57,990 nucleotides of DNA from Verrucomicrobiia bacterium (GCA_036511615.1 DATCBW010000220.1:1-57990); one strand, 5' to 3'; positions 1 through 9,586 are shown, counted from the first letter of the stretch. Numbers and translations are program-made. Notes: generated by a model not told the origin, from the letters alone.

Positions 1-222
1 CGCGAGCTTGGCGAGATCCAGATACGGCCAGCCGAGCGTGGCGGCGAGCCGCTGGAGAAAAACGTCATCGGCCAGGCCGCGTTCGCGCGCGACGAACGTC
101 AGCAACGGTTCGGCGGAACCGGCGTCGGCGGCGGCGCGCCACGACTTGCGCCAGTCGTCGAACTGCGCCGGTGACGCTTCCGCGACCGTGGCAACGAGAT
201 GTTTTACCGAATTAAAGGCCAT
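1..222 (-). CDS. GspE/PilB-family secretion ATPase, N-terminal fragment (continues beyond window start)
   Basis: Own minus-strand translation from ATG at 222-220: MAFNSVKHLVATVAEASPAQFDDWRKSWRAAADAGSAEPLLTFVARERGLADDVFLQRLAATLGWPYLDLAKLA, open to the window edge. It resembles the T2SSE_N/MshEN N-domain (LG.PY.DL). Absent from the ORF track because no stop lies in the window. Confidence 0.4.
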   Translation of the reverse strand, partial: MAFNSVKHLVATVAEASPAQFDDWRKSWRAAADAGSAEPLLTFVARERGLADDVFLQRLAATLGWPYLDLAKLA

Positions 223-412
223 TCAGGTTCAAGTTCAACAATTCGAGGCGCGAAAAGTTGCGGAAAATCCCAAAATTCACCAATGGAGACGCTCACGGCG
301 CAAGTTGCTTCCCCGCTTTTGCCATTCTAAAAGCAAGGACGAGGCGGGCGATGCAGCCAACGGAAATTTGAACGGCGCACCCGGCGATGCCGACCTGCGA
401 CGCCGACGGCTG

Positions 413-1141
413 CTAGATTTGCAGTTTTGAGAACGCGTCGTTAAGCCCGTTCAACTGCGGCTCGCTGACGACAGGAGTTTTTTCTTTCCCCGACGCGGGC
501 GGTGCGGGCGGTTTTCCCGGTTTGATTTTTTCCGGCGCACTGCCGGGTTCATCAGCCCCGCCTTCAGCCGCGTGCGGGTTTTTGCCGCGTTTGTTGCGCG
601 GAAGCGGGCTGATCATCAGGTTGATGGCGCGGCCCACCAGCTTGGGCTGGAAATCGGGATGGCCATAGGACGCGATCAGCTCGATGAACTTGTTGATGAC
701 TTCAAAGCCGACTTCGGTGTGCGCCATCTCGCGGCCGCGAAATTTGAGCGCGACCTTCACCTTCATGTCTTCGCAAAGAAAATCAATGGCGTGCGTGACC
801 TTGATGCCGAGGTCGTGCGGATCAATGCGCGGACTCAACTGCACTTCCTTGACGGTCGAGGCGTGCTGGTGTTTCCGGGTCTCTTTTTCCTTTTTGGCGA
901 GTTCGTAGCGGAACTTGCCGAAGTCCACGAGCCGGCAGACGGGCGGAACGGCGTTGGGCGAAATTTCCACCAGGTCCACGCTGTGGTGCCGCGCGAGGTT
1001 GAGCGCCTCCGTCAGTTGAATGACCCCGAGCTGCTTGCCGTCGGGTCCAATGACGCGGACTTCACGGGCGCGAATCTTGCCGTTGACCCGGATGAACGAC
1101 GCGGGAGAGTGATTGCGTTGCGGAGTGAAAGGGCGACTCAA
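413..1141 (-). CDS. infC: Translation initiation factor IF-3 with P/G/K-rich C-terminal tail
   Basis: IF-3 N- and C-domain signatures (IRAREVRVIGPDGKQLGV; VDLVEISPNAVPPVCRLVDFGKFRYE; EVQLSPRIDPHDL). Non-ATG (TTG) start, as is usual for infC. Confidence 0.95.
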   Translation of the reverse strand: MSRPFTPQRNHSPASFIRVNGKIRAREVRVIGPDGKQLGVIQLTEALNLARHHSVDLVEISPNAVPPVCRLVDFGKFRYELAKKEKETRKHQHASTVKEVQLSPRIDPHDLGIKVTHAIDFLCEDMKVKVALKFRGREMAHTEVGFEVINKFIELIASYGHPDFQPKLVGRAINLMISPLPRNKRGKNPHAAEGGADEPGSAPEKIKPGKPPAPPASGKEKTPVVSEPQLNGLNDAFSKLQI

Positions 1142-1338
1142 GCGACCCTCTCCGGTTGTGGCTGAACGATGATATAGTGCATCAAAACTGTCGTCGGGCT
1201 AATTCTTACAATGGCTCCTAGTTAAGCTCCCGGCGTTACAAACGCAAGCAAATAATCGCAATAAATGCCTGGCGCTGGCGGAGCGCCGGCGCACCCGCTT
1301 TGCCTTCGTTGAAAATCTGCGGACGCAGGGAACATGGT

Positions 1339-1833
1339 TCAATGATGGTGATGCCGGAACAGCCAGTGCCGGTTTTTCAGAAGATACCAGACGATCAGCA
1401 CATTGAAGGCGAGCACGCCCATGACATACCAGCTTGGATGCCGCACCAGTTCATGCACCTCGATGGGGATGAAAAAAGCCGATTCGCCAATCGCCAGCCA
1501 GCCGGCCCACGGCACACGGAAAATCAGGCCGGTGCCTTCCACGAGTGAAAACAGGCTGTAGAGAAAAGTGCCCAGCGCGACCCAGCGCACATTGGCGGCG
1601 GTGATCTGGTCCAGCCGGTCGCTGATCTCCGAGAGAAAACGATTTTCCGGATCAAGGTGAACCCAGTTCAACAGTTCATTGAACAATTCGGGCAAATCCT
1701 TGTTCGCCAGTTTCAAAATGCCAAACGCCAGCGCCAGGGCCAGAATGCCCTTGATCAGTTTGGCGACGATGATGAAATACAGCGTCGGCGCGCGCCGTTT
1801 TGGAGGCGTCGGAATTTTTGCGTTCTCAGTCAT
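1339..1833 (-). CDS. DUF2127-like multi-pass membrane protein
   Basis: 164-aa ORF with about 4 hydrophobic helices, ending in HHHH. Family name is from memory of DUF2127 topology. Confidence 0.6.
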   Translation of the reverse strand: MTENAKIPTPPKRRAPTLYFIIVAKLIKGILALALAFGILKLANKDLPELFNELLNWVHLDPENRFLSEISDRLDQITAANVRWVALGTFLYSLFSLVEGTGLIFRVPWAGWLAIGESAFFIPIEVHELVRHPSWYVMGVLAFNVLIVWYLLKNRHWLFRHHHH

Positions 1834-3851
1834 CAGCGGATTTTAGACAGCAAAAAATCCAGAAGTTCAGAAATTTTCAAGCGCTCCTGCCTGCCGTCGT
1901 CGCGGTAACGGATCGTCACCGTGTCGAGCAATTCCGGTTTTTCGCCGAGCGTGTCGAAATCAATCGTCACGCAAAATGGCGTGCCAGCCTCGTCCTGGCG
2001 CGCGTAACGGCGGCCAATCGAACCGCCATCGTCGTAAAATACATTCATCCACGGACGGAGCAGATCGCGCACGGCTTGCGCTTTCTTCACCAGCTCCGGC
2101 TTGTTTTTCAAGAGTGGCATCACGCCGGCTTTGATCGGTGCCACGCGCGGATGAAATTTTATCGTCACAGTCGTCTCGCTTTTGCCCTTGTCGTCGGTTT
2201 TGGTGGCTTCGGAATAGGCATTGGCGATGAGCGCGAGGATCAAACGGTCCACGCCCGCGCTTGGCTCGATGACGTGCGGAATGTATTGGCCCTTCGTCAG
2301 ACCGTCCGCATCCGCCGTCGCCTGCTTTTGGATTTGCTCGGGCGTTTCATCCGGCTTTGCCGTCTTGGTCAGATAATTTTTCCGGTTGTCGTAGTAGCGC
2401 TTCCATAGTTCCTTCTGCTTCTCTTCGGGAAGTTTGCCCCACGCTGCGCGCAGTTCCTCGTCAAACACGCCCATCGGCTTGCCGGAAAAACGCTGGTGCT
2501 GGCTCAAATCAAAATCGCTGCGCGCGGCGATGCCTTCCAGTTCATCGCCGGCCACATTGCCCTGCTCGTCCTTTTTGCTGAACGGGAACTTGAACAAAAT
2601 ATCGGTGCAGGCGCGCGCGTAATGCGCGAGTTCTGCCGGCGTTTGATGATGAAAACCGAGCGTCTCTCGCGACAGTCCGATGCCCTCGTAAAATCGCACG
2701 CGTTCCTCGACCCAATATTGATGCCACGCCTGCCAGCCCCAGTTTGGTTGAGGAGTGGTAGGGACGCGCTGCGGCGCGTCCTGGCCGACCGGCAGGTCGG
2801 CCCTACCAGTTTCGGCTGCGCTCGCCACGCTGCCGTAAATCGCCTCGATGACTTCATCCGGCTTGATAAAAAATTCCAGTTCCATCTGCTCGAACTCGCG
2901 CGAGCGGAAGGTGAAATTGCGTGGCGTGACCTCGTTGCGGAACGCCTTGCCGACCTGCGCGATGCCGAACGGGACGCGTTGCCGCGACGTTTCCAAAACA
3001 TTTTTGAACTGCGCGAAAATCGCCTGCGCGGTTTCGGGGCGGAGATAAGCAATGCCCTCTTCGCTTTCAACCGGACCGACGTAAGTTTTGAACATCAAAT
3101 TGAAAGGACGCGGCTCAGTGAGTAATGCCCCATTTTCGGGATTGAAGCGAGTTGAGTTTTCTACCTTTTCTATTTGTTCAAGTTGAAGATGGGTCACTTC
3201 AACGCCGCGTTGAGCATAAAATTGCGAAGCAATTTTTCGCGCGCTTTCCGGCGGTTTGCCCGGAGCCACCAAAACGGAGAACGACTCCTCGCTTGCGGCG
3301 GATTTGTCTGCTCTAATCAGCCGAAGAACCTCAATGGCAATCGTTTTAGAGTTTTGATTTTCGTTCTGTTCGACATCTCGCTGCAGCCTTACAAATACGC
3401 GGTTTGCGTTGGCACGAATCGTTTCAATTTGATTATCAGGAGGGTTGTCGTTTGCCTTGTGAATCTTTTCCTCGACTTTGCCTAATTTCACCGCGCCGCC
3501 CCATGAATATACAATTCCAGATTGCGGTTCGATTTGATCCGCGCGAAATCTTTTTTTCGTCAGCAAGCAATCGCACATCGGATCGCTGAACGTGTCCACA
3601 TGACCGCTGGCTTTCCAGATTTGCGGCGACATGATGATGGTCGCTTCGAGGCCGGCGACATCGTCGCGCTGGCGGGTCATGGCGTGCCACCAGAGTTCCT
3701 TGACGTTGCGTTTGAGTTCCGCGCCGAGCGGGCCGTAATCCCAAAAGCCGTTGATGCCGCCGTAAATCTCCGACGACTGAAAAATGAACCCGCGCCGTTT
3801 GCACAGCGACACGATTTTTTCCATGAGCGGATTTTCTTTTGGCTCGGCCAT
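1833..3851 (-). CDS. glyQS: Glycine--tRNA ligase (alpha2 GlyQS type) with lineage-specific insertions
   Basis: FIFQSSEIYGGINGFWDYGPLG; class II core FRNEVTPRNFTFRSREFEQMELEFF; anticodon-binding end RYARQDEAGTPFCVTIDFDT. ATG at 3851 (MAEPKENPLMEKIV) preferred over the ORF-track start at 3893. Confidence 0.93.
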   Translation of the reverse strand: MAEPKENPLMEKIVSLCKRRGFIFQSSEIYGGINGFWDYGPLGAELKRNVKELWWHAMTRQRDDVAGLEATIIMSPQIWKASGHVDTFSDPMCDCLLTKKRFRADQIEPQSGIVYSWGGAVKLGKVEEKIHKANDNPPDNQIETIRANANRVFVRLQRDVEQNENQNSKTIAIEVLRLIRADKSAASEESFSVLVAPGKPPESARKIASQFYAQRGVEVTHLQLEQIEKVENSTRFNPENGALLTEPRPFNLMFKTYVGPVESEEGIAYLRPETAQAIFAQFKNVLETSRQRVPFGIAQVGKAFRNEVTPRNFTFRSREFEQMELEFFIKPDEVIEAIYGSVASAAETGRADLPVGQDAPQRVPTTPQPNWGWQAWHQYWVEERVRFYEGIGLSRETLGFHHQTPAELAHYARACTDILFKFPFSKKDEQGNVAGDELEGIAARSDFDLSQHQRFSGKPMGVFDEELRAAWGKLPEEKQKELWKRYYDNRKNYLTKTAKPDETPEQIQKQATADADGLTKGQYIPHVIEPSAGVDRLILALIANAYSEATKTDDKGKSETTVTIKFHPRVAPIKAGVMPLLKNKPELVKKAQAVRDLLRPWMNVFYDDGGSIGRRYARQDEAGTPFCVTIDFDTLGEKPELLDTVTIRYRDDGRQERLKISELLDFLLSKIR
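2757..2807. repeat. 51-bp double-hairpin element, in frame inside glyQS
   Basis: ggtagggacgcgctgcggcgcgtcctggccgaccggcaggtcggccctacc. Two 8-bp stem-loops closed by ggta/tacc. It is the reverse complement, with a few mismatches, of 4831-4881. Confidence 0.9.
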
Positions 3852-3947
3852 AATTGAGCCGGGCAGTGTTCGCCAATCGCGCTGAAAAATCAATCCCGAA
3901 CGGTTTCGACCGGGCAGCGGACGAGTGGCGGCAAACTGTTTTAAGAC

Positions 3948-4484
3948 TTAAATCCGCTTCTCATCCGCGTCAATGGAGTCCACGAAGCAGGTAATGTCGT
4001 CGCGGTGGGCGATGCCGGCCTCTTCCTTGCGCATCTTAAGCCGGGCGACGGCCTTGGTGTCGTCCGCCAGCGGACGGCTCAAGACATCCTGCCAGTGCGC
4101 GGCTTTTTCGGCGGGAGATTTTTTGACGTGCTGGCGCACCCAGTCGCACACTTCGCCGTCGGTGATGGAGTTTTTTACGACCTCGACAAACTGTTCATGC
4201 GTCAAGCCGGCGGCCTTGAGCCAGAAACCGTCAAAACCTTTGCCGAGATTGTCCGTGTAATCGGAGTGCAGTTGGCCCGCGAGGGACAGGCGGATTTTGT
4301 CAATGTAACGCGGCAGGTAATGCCAGCCGGCCATCGTTTCGCGCGGGCTGCGGGGATAAATGATTTCGCTCATGGGCAGATCATCCGGCAACGCGCGGAA
4401 AAATTCAAATTTCAAATTTGCATTTTCACCGGGCGCTTCCATCTTTTCCAACATGAAACGATTCGATTTCGACGTGGCGGTCAT
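3948..4484 (-). CDS. DUF5069-like protein
   Basis: PRSPRETMAGWHYLPRYIDKIRLSLAGQLHSDYTDNLGKGFDGFWL matches my memory of the DUF5069 core. True start may be an internal Met. Confidence 0.55.
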   Translation of the reverse strand: MTATSKSNRFMLEKMEAPGENANLKFEFFRALPDDLPMSEIIYPRSPRETMAGWHYLPRYIDKIRLSLAGQLHSDYTDNLGKGFDGFWLKAAGLTHEQFVEVVKNSITDGEVCDWVRQHVKKSPAEKAAHWQDVLSRPLADDTKAVARLKMRKEEAGIAHRDDITCFVDSIDADEKRI

Positions 4485-5886
4485 CGGCGGCGGCAGCGGC
4501 GGCTACGCGGCGGCGCGCACGGCGGCGGGCGCGGGGCTGAAAACCGTCGTCATTGAAGGCGGCCAGGAAGTCGGCGGACTGTGCATCCTGCGCGGCTGCA
4601 TGCCGACGAAGGCCTTGCTCTACGCGGCGGAAGTGAAACATCTGGCCGGACGCGCTGAAACGTGGGGCGTGCGCGCCGGAAAAGTTTCCTTCGACTTTGC
4701 CAGGGTCATGGCGCGGAAAAATGCGCAGATAAAAGATTTTGCCGGTTTCCGCGTGCGGCAGCTCAACGCCGGAAAATTTCAATTCATCCGCGCCAACGCC
4801 CGGTTTCTCGACGCGCACACGGTTGAAATCGGTAGGGCTGACCTGCCGGTCAGCCGGGACGCGCGGCAGCGCGTCCCTACCACCCTCACCGCCAGACATT
4901 TTGTCATCGCCACCGGCTCCAGCGTCGCGCCGGCTCCCCTGCCCGCGCTTGATAACGTCGGCTACATCACGAGCGACGATGCGGTGGCCCTGAAAAAACT
5001 GCCCAAGTCGCTCATCATCCTCGGCGGCGGTGCGATTGCGTGCGAGTTTGCGCAGTTCTTCGTGCGCTTCGGCGTCAAGGTCACGCTCATCCAGCGCAGC
5101 GAGCGCGTGCTGAAGGAGTTTGATGCGGATGCGGGCCAGACGATTGAAAAAGTTTTCCGGCGCGAAGGGGTGCGGGTTTTCACCGGCACGAAGCTGGTGG
5201 GGGCAACGCGGCGGGGAAAATCAAAATCGGTTTCATTCGAGCAAGGCGGAAAATTGATTTCCGTTTCCGCCGGGGAAATTTTATTCGCCATGGGCCGCGT
5301 GCCGAACACGGCGTCGCTGGGTTTGGAACAAGCCGGCGTGAAGACCGAAGCGAATGGCCGCATCATCACGACCGGCGAAATGCGGACGAGCGCGCCGCAC
5401 ATTTTCGCGGCGGGCGACTGCACCGGGCCGCACGAGATTGTTCACCTCGCGATTCAGCAGGGCGAGACGGCGGTTCACAACATCGTGAAGCCAAAGCTGC
5501 CGCGCCGGATGGATTACCGGCTGCTGATCTCCGTGGTGTTCACCGAACCGCAGGTGGCGACGGCTGGCCTGACGGAAAAGGAAGCCTTGGGGCGCAAGAT
5601 TCCGTTCCTCACGGCAAGCTATCCGTTCAATGACCACGGCAAATCGCTCATCATGGAGGCGAAGGACGGTTTCGTGAAACTGCTGGCGAATCCCCGGACC
5701 GGTGAAATTCTTGGCGGCGCGTGCGTCGGGCCAAGCGGCGGCGAACTCATCCACGAAATCGTCACAGCGATGGCGAAGCGGATGACCGTCCACGAACTCG
5801 CGGCGACACCGCATTATCATCCCACGCTGGCGGAAATCTGGACCTACCCGGCGGAAGAACTGGCGGAGAAAATCATTGTCCGCTGA
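4453..5886 (+). CDS. Class I pyridine nucleotide-disulfide oxidoreductase (dihydrolipoyl dehydrogenase / mercuric reductase-like)
   Basis: FAD fold DVAVIGGGSGGYAAA, redox CxxxxC (GGLCILRGCMPTK), NAD fold ILGGGAIACEF, C-terminal HYHPTLAE. ATG at 4453 chosen. Confidence 0.85.
   Translation: MKRFDFDVAVIGGGSGGYAAARTAAGAGLKTVVIEGGQEVGGLCILRGCMPTKALLYAAEVKHLAGRAETWGVRAGKVSFDFARVMARKNAQIKDFAGFRVRQLNAGKFQFIRANARFLDAHTVEIGRADLPVSRDARQRVPTTLTARHFVIATGSSVAPAPLPALDNVGYITSDDAVALKKLPKSLIILGGGAIACEFAQFFVRFGVKVTLIQRSERVLKEFDADAGQTIEKVFRREGVRVFTGTKLVGATRRGKSKSVSFEQGGKLISVSAGEILFAMGRVPNTASLGLEQAGVKTEANGRIITTGEMRTSAPHIFAAGDCTGPHEIVHLAIQQGETAVHNIVKPKLPRRMDYRLLISVVFTEPQVATAGLTEKEALGRKIPFLTASYPFNDHGKSLIMEAKDGFVKLLANPRTGEILGGACVGPSGGELIHEIVTAMAKRMTVHELAATPHYHPTLAEIWTYPAEELAEKIIVR
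4831..4881. repeat. 51-bp double-hairpin element, in frame inside the oxidoreductase gene
   Basis: ggtagggctgacctgccggtcagccgggacgcgcggcagcgcgtccctacc. Stems 4836-4843/4848-4855 and 4856-4864/4869-4877. Partner copy at 2757-2807. Confidence 0.9.
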
Positions 5887-6035
5887 TTTGTTCTGGAGCG
5901 CTGTTTCGTTTGGAAATTTTTGTGCGCCCGGCCGCCGGGCCGGTTTAATGGCCTCCTGCTGGCCGGTCTTCGTCGAAGAGAATAACCTTCATTGATCCGC
6001 CACAAACAATTCAAACAGTTGCTGAAAGCAAACTG

Positions 6036-6620
6036 TCACTTCTGAAAAACGCTCACGCGCGCGGGCGGCAGGTTGAACCAGACGATTTTTGAGGCGCGCA
6101 GGCGGAAGGTGGATGACCCGCGCAAACGCCGCTTGTGGATGCGGTAGCTGTATTGCACCCAGTTGCCGTGCGGGTCCAGGACGGACCGGATCTTCTGTGC
6201 GAGTTTCTCGGCCTCCTCCAGTTTGAAATTCAGCAGCGGCAGGCTGGAGATGACGGCTCCGACGCTGGCGACCGGTTCGGGCAGGTCGCGAAGCAGGCGG
6301 TCCAGATGCCAGGCGTCGCCGGCAATGATTTGGGCGCGCGGAAAACGCTTGCGCAGCAGCCGGGCAAGATTGGCGTTGTGCTCGATGGCGATGAGCCGGT
6401 CTTCGCGCAGGCCGTATTTGAGCAGGGCGTCGGTGACGGCCCCGGTGCCGGGGCCGAGTTCCAGAACATAACTCTCCGCATCGCGCGGCAGCCAGCGCGC
6501 CATGGCGGCGCCAAGCTGGGGCGAACTCGGCGCGACGGCGCCCGTGCGCTGGGGATTGGCGATCCACTCGCGCAGAAACACCGTCGAATCGCTCAAGGCC
6601 GCAATGATTTTCCGAGCCAT
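6036..6620 (-). CDS. Class I SAM-dependent methyltransferase (phospholipid N-methyltransferase-like)
   Basis: SAM motif I VLELGPGTGAVT. The N-terminus FLREWIANPQRTGAVAPSS is typical of the COG3963-type family, from memory. Confidence 0.7.
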   Translation of the reverse strand: MARKIIAALSDSTVFLREWIANPQRTGAVAPSSPQLGAAMARWLPRDAESYVLELGPGTGAVTDALLKYGLREDRLIAIEHNANLARLLRKRFPRAQIIAGDAWHLDRLLRDLPEPVASVGAVISSLPLLNFKLEEAEKLAQKIRSVLDPHGNWVQYSYRIHKRRLRGSSTFRLRASKIVWFNLPPARVSVFQK

Positions 6621-6688
6621 GCAGTAATCTGAATTTGACGGCAGTCTAGTTCATCCGTTCATTATTGCACGAACGAAAATTGTTGCAT

Positions 6689-7462
6689 TCAGGGAACACG
6701 CTTGAATAAAAATTGAAATTCCGCCCGGGCCGCTGTGCGCCGGCTTTTCCAGTCGCTCCAGCTTTGCTCCCAGAATTCGCCCGTCAGCTTGGTCTGCGCC
6801 GACGGCCAGATGGCGTCGAGCTTCGCCAGGGTTTTTTCCGCATCGTCGCGCTGCCGCCACTTCAACTGTGACTCGGCCAGGTTCAACTGGTTTTCCGGAT
6901 AGTCCGGCGCGAGGGCCGCCGCCTGTTCCAAAAACTCGCGCGCCTTGCGTTTGCTGCCGATGCTGACGGGCCAGCCCGGCGCGTCGCGGTAAAGCAAACC
7001 CAGGTTCCGCGCCGGCCCGGCAAAATCAAACTCCGCGTCCAGCCGGGCGGCGATCTTGAACTCGCGCTCGATCTCCTTGATCAGCTTGTAGGCGGCAATG
7101 GACGGCTCCTCGGCCTCGGCAAGCTGGCCGTAATCCATCGCCAGATAATAATGCGCCGGCACGGACTCCGGTTCCCGTGCGATGAGCTGCTGGCAGGCGG
7201 CGATGCCAAGTCTGGCAATGTCTGCGCGCTGGGTTTTGTTGGTGGAAAAATCCGCGAAATCAAAACACGCCCGCCCAAGCTGCCAGCTGTTGGTTGGATT
7301 GCCTGAGTCCGATTGAAACAACGCCTGCGTCCGGCGGAATTCGTTTTCGGCCCGCGCGGCAAAAATTTTATTCGTCACCGTTTGGGCCGAGAGCTCTGCG
7401 GCCGCAAATATAAAGACCAACCAGATAGCAACTTTTCCAGCATTGGCGGGTTTCAAAGGCAT
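6689..7462 (-). CDS. Secreted TPR-like repeat protein
   Basis: Signal-like N-terminus (VAIWLVFIFAAAELSAQ) and helical repeat content (AHYYLAMDYGQLAE; LAPDYPENQLNLAESQLKW). Confidence 0.5.
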   Translation of the reverse strand: MPLKPANAGKVAIWLVFIFAAAELSAQTVTNKIFAARAENEFRRTQALFQSDSGNPTNSWQLGRACFDFADFSTNKTQRADIARLGIAACQQLIAREPESVPAHYYLAMDYGQLAEAEEPSIAAYKLIKEIEREFKIAARLDAEFDFAGPARNLGLLYRDAPGWPVSIGSKRKAREFLEQAAALAPDYPENQLNLAESQLKWRQRDDAEKTLAKLDAIWPSAQTKLTGEFWEQSWSDWKSRRTAARAEFQFLFKRVP

Positions 7463-7547
7463 GATCTGGTCAATTAGAAGTTGCCATCGTGGCGGAGTGA
7501 TTTATACTCGGCAAGTGAGATTAAGCTGGAATTTTTTGTGGCTGGCA

Positions 7548-7721
7548 ATGCTGGCGGCCGTCGCGCTCTTTGGTGCGGGCTGCGGCGGCATCAGCGCTTC
7601 GCGGACTTTTTCCCCGCTCGATTTAATCATGCCTGGACTGATAAAAAACGACGTTTCGCCGGCGACAAACGCGCCGGTCGCATTCATCCAACAATCCGAC
7701 GACCTCGCATCCGCCAAATAA
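7548..7721 (+). CDS. Small putative lipoprotein
   Basis: MLAAVALFGAGCGGISAS has a lipobox-like motif. Sits directly upstream of hpnH. Short, with no homology support. Confidence 0.3.
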   Translation: MLAAVALFGAGCGGISASRTFSPLDLIMPGLIKNDVSPATNAPVAFIQQSDDLASAK

Positions 7722-7724
7722 ACT

Positions 7725-9149
7725 ATGCGTTTCCCATTCGCGCTGACGAAGAAGATTGCCAGTCACATCATCAAGCACAAACTGCGCAAGACGCCGAAAT
7801 TTGCGATGGTCTTGCAGCTCGAACCGCTGCACACCTGCAACCTCACCTGCACCGGCTGCGGCCGCATCCGCGAATATTCCACGAGCCTCAAGGACATGGT
7901 GCCGCTGGAGCAATGTCTGCAAGCAGCGGTGGAATGTGATGCGCCGATGGTTTCCATTTGCGGCGGCGAACCGCTCATTTACCCGAAAATCGAAGAGCTG
8001 ATCAACGGGTTGCTCGAACAAGGCCGCGTGCTTTACATCTGCACGAACGGAATGTTCATGCGCAAAAAAATGCGCGATTACCTCGCGGCAGTTTATTCGC
8101 CAGCGCTGGAGCCGAAACTGAAAAAATTGCTGGACGGAAAATTGATTTCTGAAAAGGAAGCCGAAGTCATCCGTAAATCCGACGACGCGGCGAAGAAAAA
8201 AACCGTCATCCGTCCGACGAAATGGATGTATTGGAATGTCCACGTTGACGGTTTGGAATTCACGCACGATTTGATCGTGGAGCGCGAAGGCGTCTTCAAG
8301 GAATGCGTCGAGGCGATCAAGATGGCGAAAATCATCGGCTACCAAGTCGCGACCAACACGACGGTTTATCGCGAGACCGACGTGCAGGAAATCGAGGACA
8401 TGTTCAAGTATTTGAGTTCGCTCGAAGTGGACGGCCACACGATTTCGCCCGGCTACGATTACGACGCCGCGAAAAAAGACATGGTCAAACGCCTCGGCAA
8501 AGACCCGAAGCAATTTTTCCTCACGCGCGATATGACGCGCCAAAAATTTGCGAAGATTCTTGATTGGGGCAAAATGTTCACAATTTTTGGCACGCCTGGT
8601 TATTTGGAGTTTCTTGCCGGCAAACGTGAATTGCCGTGCAGTGCGTGGGCGATTCCCACTTACAATGTTCGCGGTTGGAAAGCACCATGTTATGTGATGA
8701 CCGACGGCCATTATCCGACTTACGCGGAAATGTCGGCCAAAGTGGATTGGAATAAATATGGCGTTGATGAAAATGGCTGCGGTCGCGATCCGCGCTGTGA
8801 AAGCTGCATGATGCATTCCGGCTTTGAACCCTCTGCGGCGCTGAATTCCGGGCTTGCGGACAGTTGGAAAAATTTCAAACACAACTTCGGCCCAAAACCG
8901 AAGCCGTATCCGGCATCGCCCGAACTGGCGAAGCGCGCTTACAACGGTGTGACCATCGGCAAAGGCCATCTGGCCGAGGCGAAGGCCGCAATCAATTCGC
9001 CTGCCGCCGGCGCGCGCGGCGCGTTCGCGAATGAAGTTCATCACGAAGCACACGTCGGCAGTTCCTGTGGCACGACCGATACATCTGAACGCGATGAGTT
9101 GCTGGCGAAGATTAAGGATGTGAAGAAAACTGACGCGCGCACGGAGTAA
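7725..9149 (+). CDS. hpnH: Radical-SAM adenosylhopane synthase-like protein
   Basis: CxxxCxxC (LHTCNLTCTGCGRI), DECGAP-like VECDAPMVSICGGEPL, Cys-rich SPASM-like end (CGRDPRCESCMMHSG). Matches my memory of HpnH, but has an extra internal segment and a long C-terminal tail. Confidence 0.8.
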   Translation: MRFPFALTKKIASHIIKHKLRKTPKFAMVLQLEPLHTCNLTCTGCGRIREYSTSLKDMVPLEQCLQAAVECDAPMVSICGGEPLIYPKIEELINGLLEQGRVLYICTNGMFMRKKMRDYLAAVYSPALEPKLKKLLDGKLISEKEAEVIRKSDDAAKKKTVIRPTKWMYWNVHVDGLEFTHDLIVEREGVFKECVEAIKMAKIIGYQVATNTTVYRETDVQEIEDMFKYLSSLEVDGHTISPGYDYDAAKKDMVKRLGKDPKQFFLTRDMTRQKFAKILDWGKMFTIFGTPGYLEFLAGKRELPCSAWAIPTYNVRGWKAPCYVMTDGHYPTYAEMSAKVDWNKYGVDENGCGRDPRCESCMMHSGFEPSAALNSGLADSWKNFKHNFGPKPKPYPASPELAKRAYNGVTIGKGHLAEAKAAINSPAAGARGAFANEVHHEAHVGSSCGTTDTSERDELLAKIKDVKKTDARTE

Positions 9150-9161
9150 GCCATCATCATT

Positions 9162-9584
9162 ATGTCCGTGGATTATCAACAGCTAGAAAAGGTAAAGCCA
9201 CTTTTTGATATTATTTCGTCAATAAGTGCTTTGGTTTTAGCGATTCTGACTGTTCGTGCAATTTATCTTACTAGAGAGGCCTTGAGTGAATCCGCGCGAC
9301 CAGCTATTCGAATTATTCCATTGCTTTCGTCAGACCAAAAACGTCTTAGGCTCAAATTATGTAATGATTCAGAGCATCATGCAAACCGACTAGAAATCAA
9401 AACCAAACCACAAAGCATTTTAGCTCATTTGCCCGCTTTAGGACCTAAAGAAGAACATACTGTCGATTTGGGAGAACTTTCAAAATATTCGTCAGAATCC
9501 CCTCTGGTATTGAAAATAAAATTTCGGAACACAAGGGGCGATAAATTTGTTGCAATTTATGAATCGTCCCTTCCAAACTTATAG
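9162..9584 (+). CDS. Hypothetical single-pass membrane protein (low-GC cassette gene 1)
   Basis: N-terminal TM helix LFDIISSISALVLAILTVRAIYL followed by a beta-rich region. ATG lies 13 nt after the hpnH stop. Sampled line at 32% G+C. Confidence 0.55.
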   Translation: MSVDYQQLEKVKPLFDIISSISALVLAILTVRAIYLTREALSESARPAIRIIPLLSSDQKRLRLKLCNDSEHHANRLEIKTKPQSILAHLPALGPKEEHTVDLGELSKYSSESPLVLKIKFRNTRGDKFVAIYESSLPNL

Positions 9585-9586
9585 TA

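Noticed and set aside
8-430. 140-aa plus-strand ORF at the window start
   Set aside because: R/S/A-rich junk composition. It is antisense to a convincing GspE/PilB-like N-terminus (1-222, minus strand) and runs through the intergenic spacer before infC.
7623-9179. 518-aa minus-strand ORF
   Set aside because: Shadow ORF antisense to hpnH. It is R/F/A/H-rich with no motif, while the plus strand has clear radical-SAM signatures. The same reasoning rejects 572-1165 (antisense infC) and 11969-12793 (antisense hpnJ).
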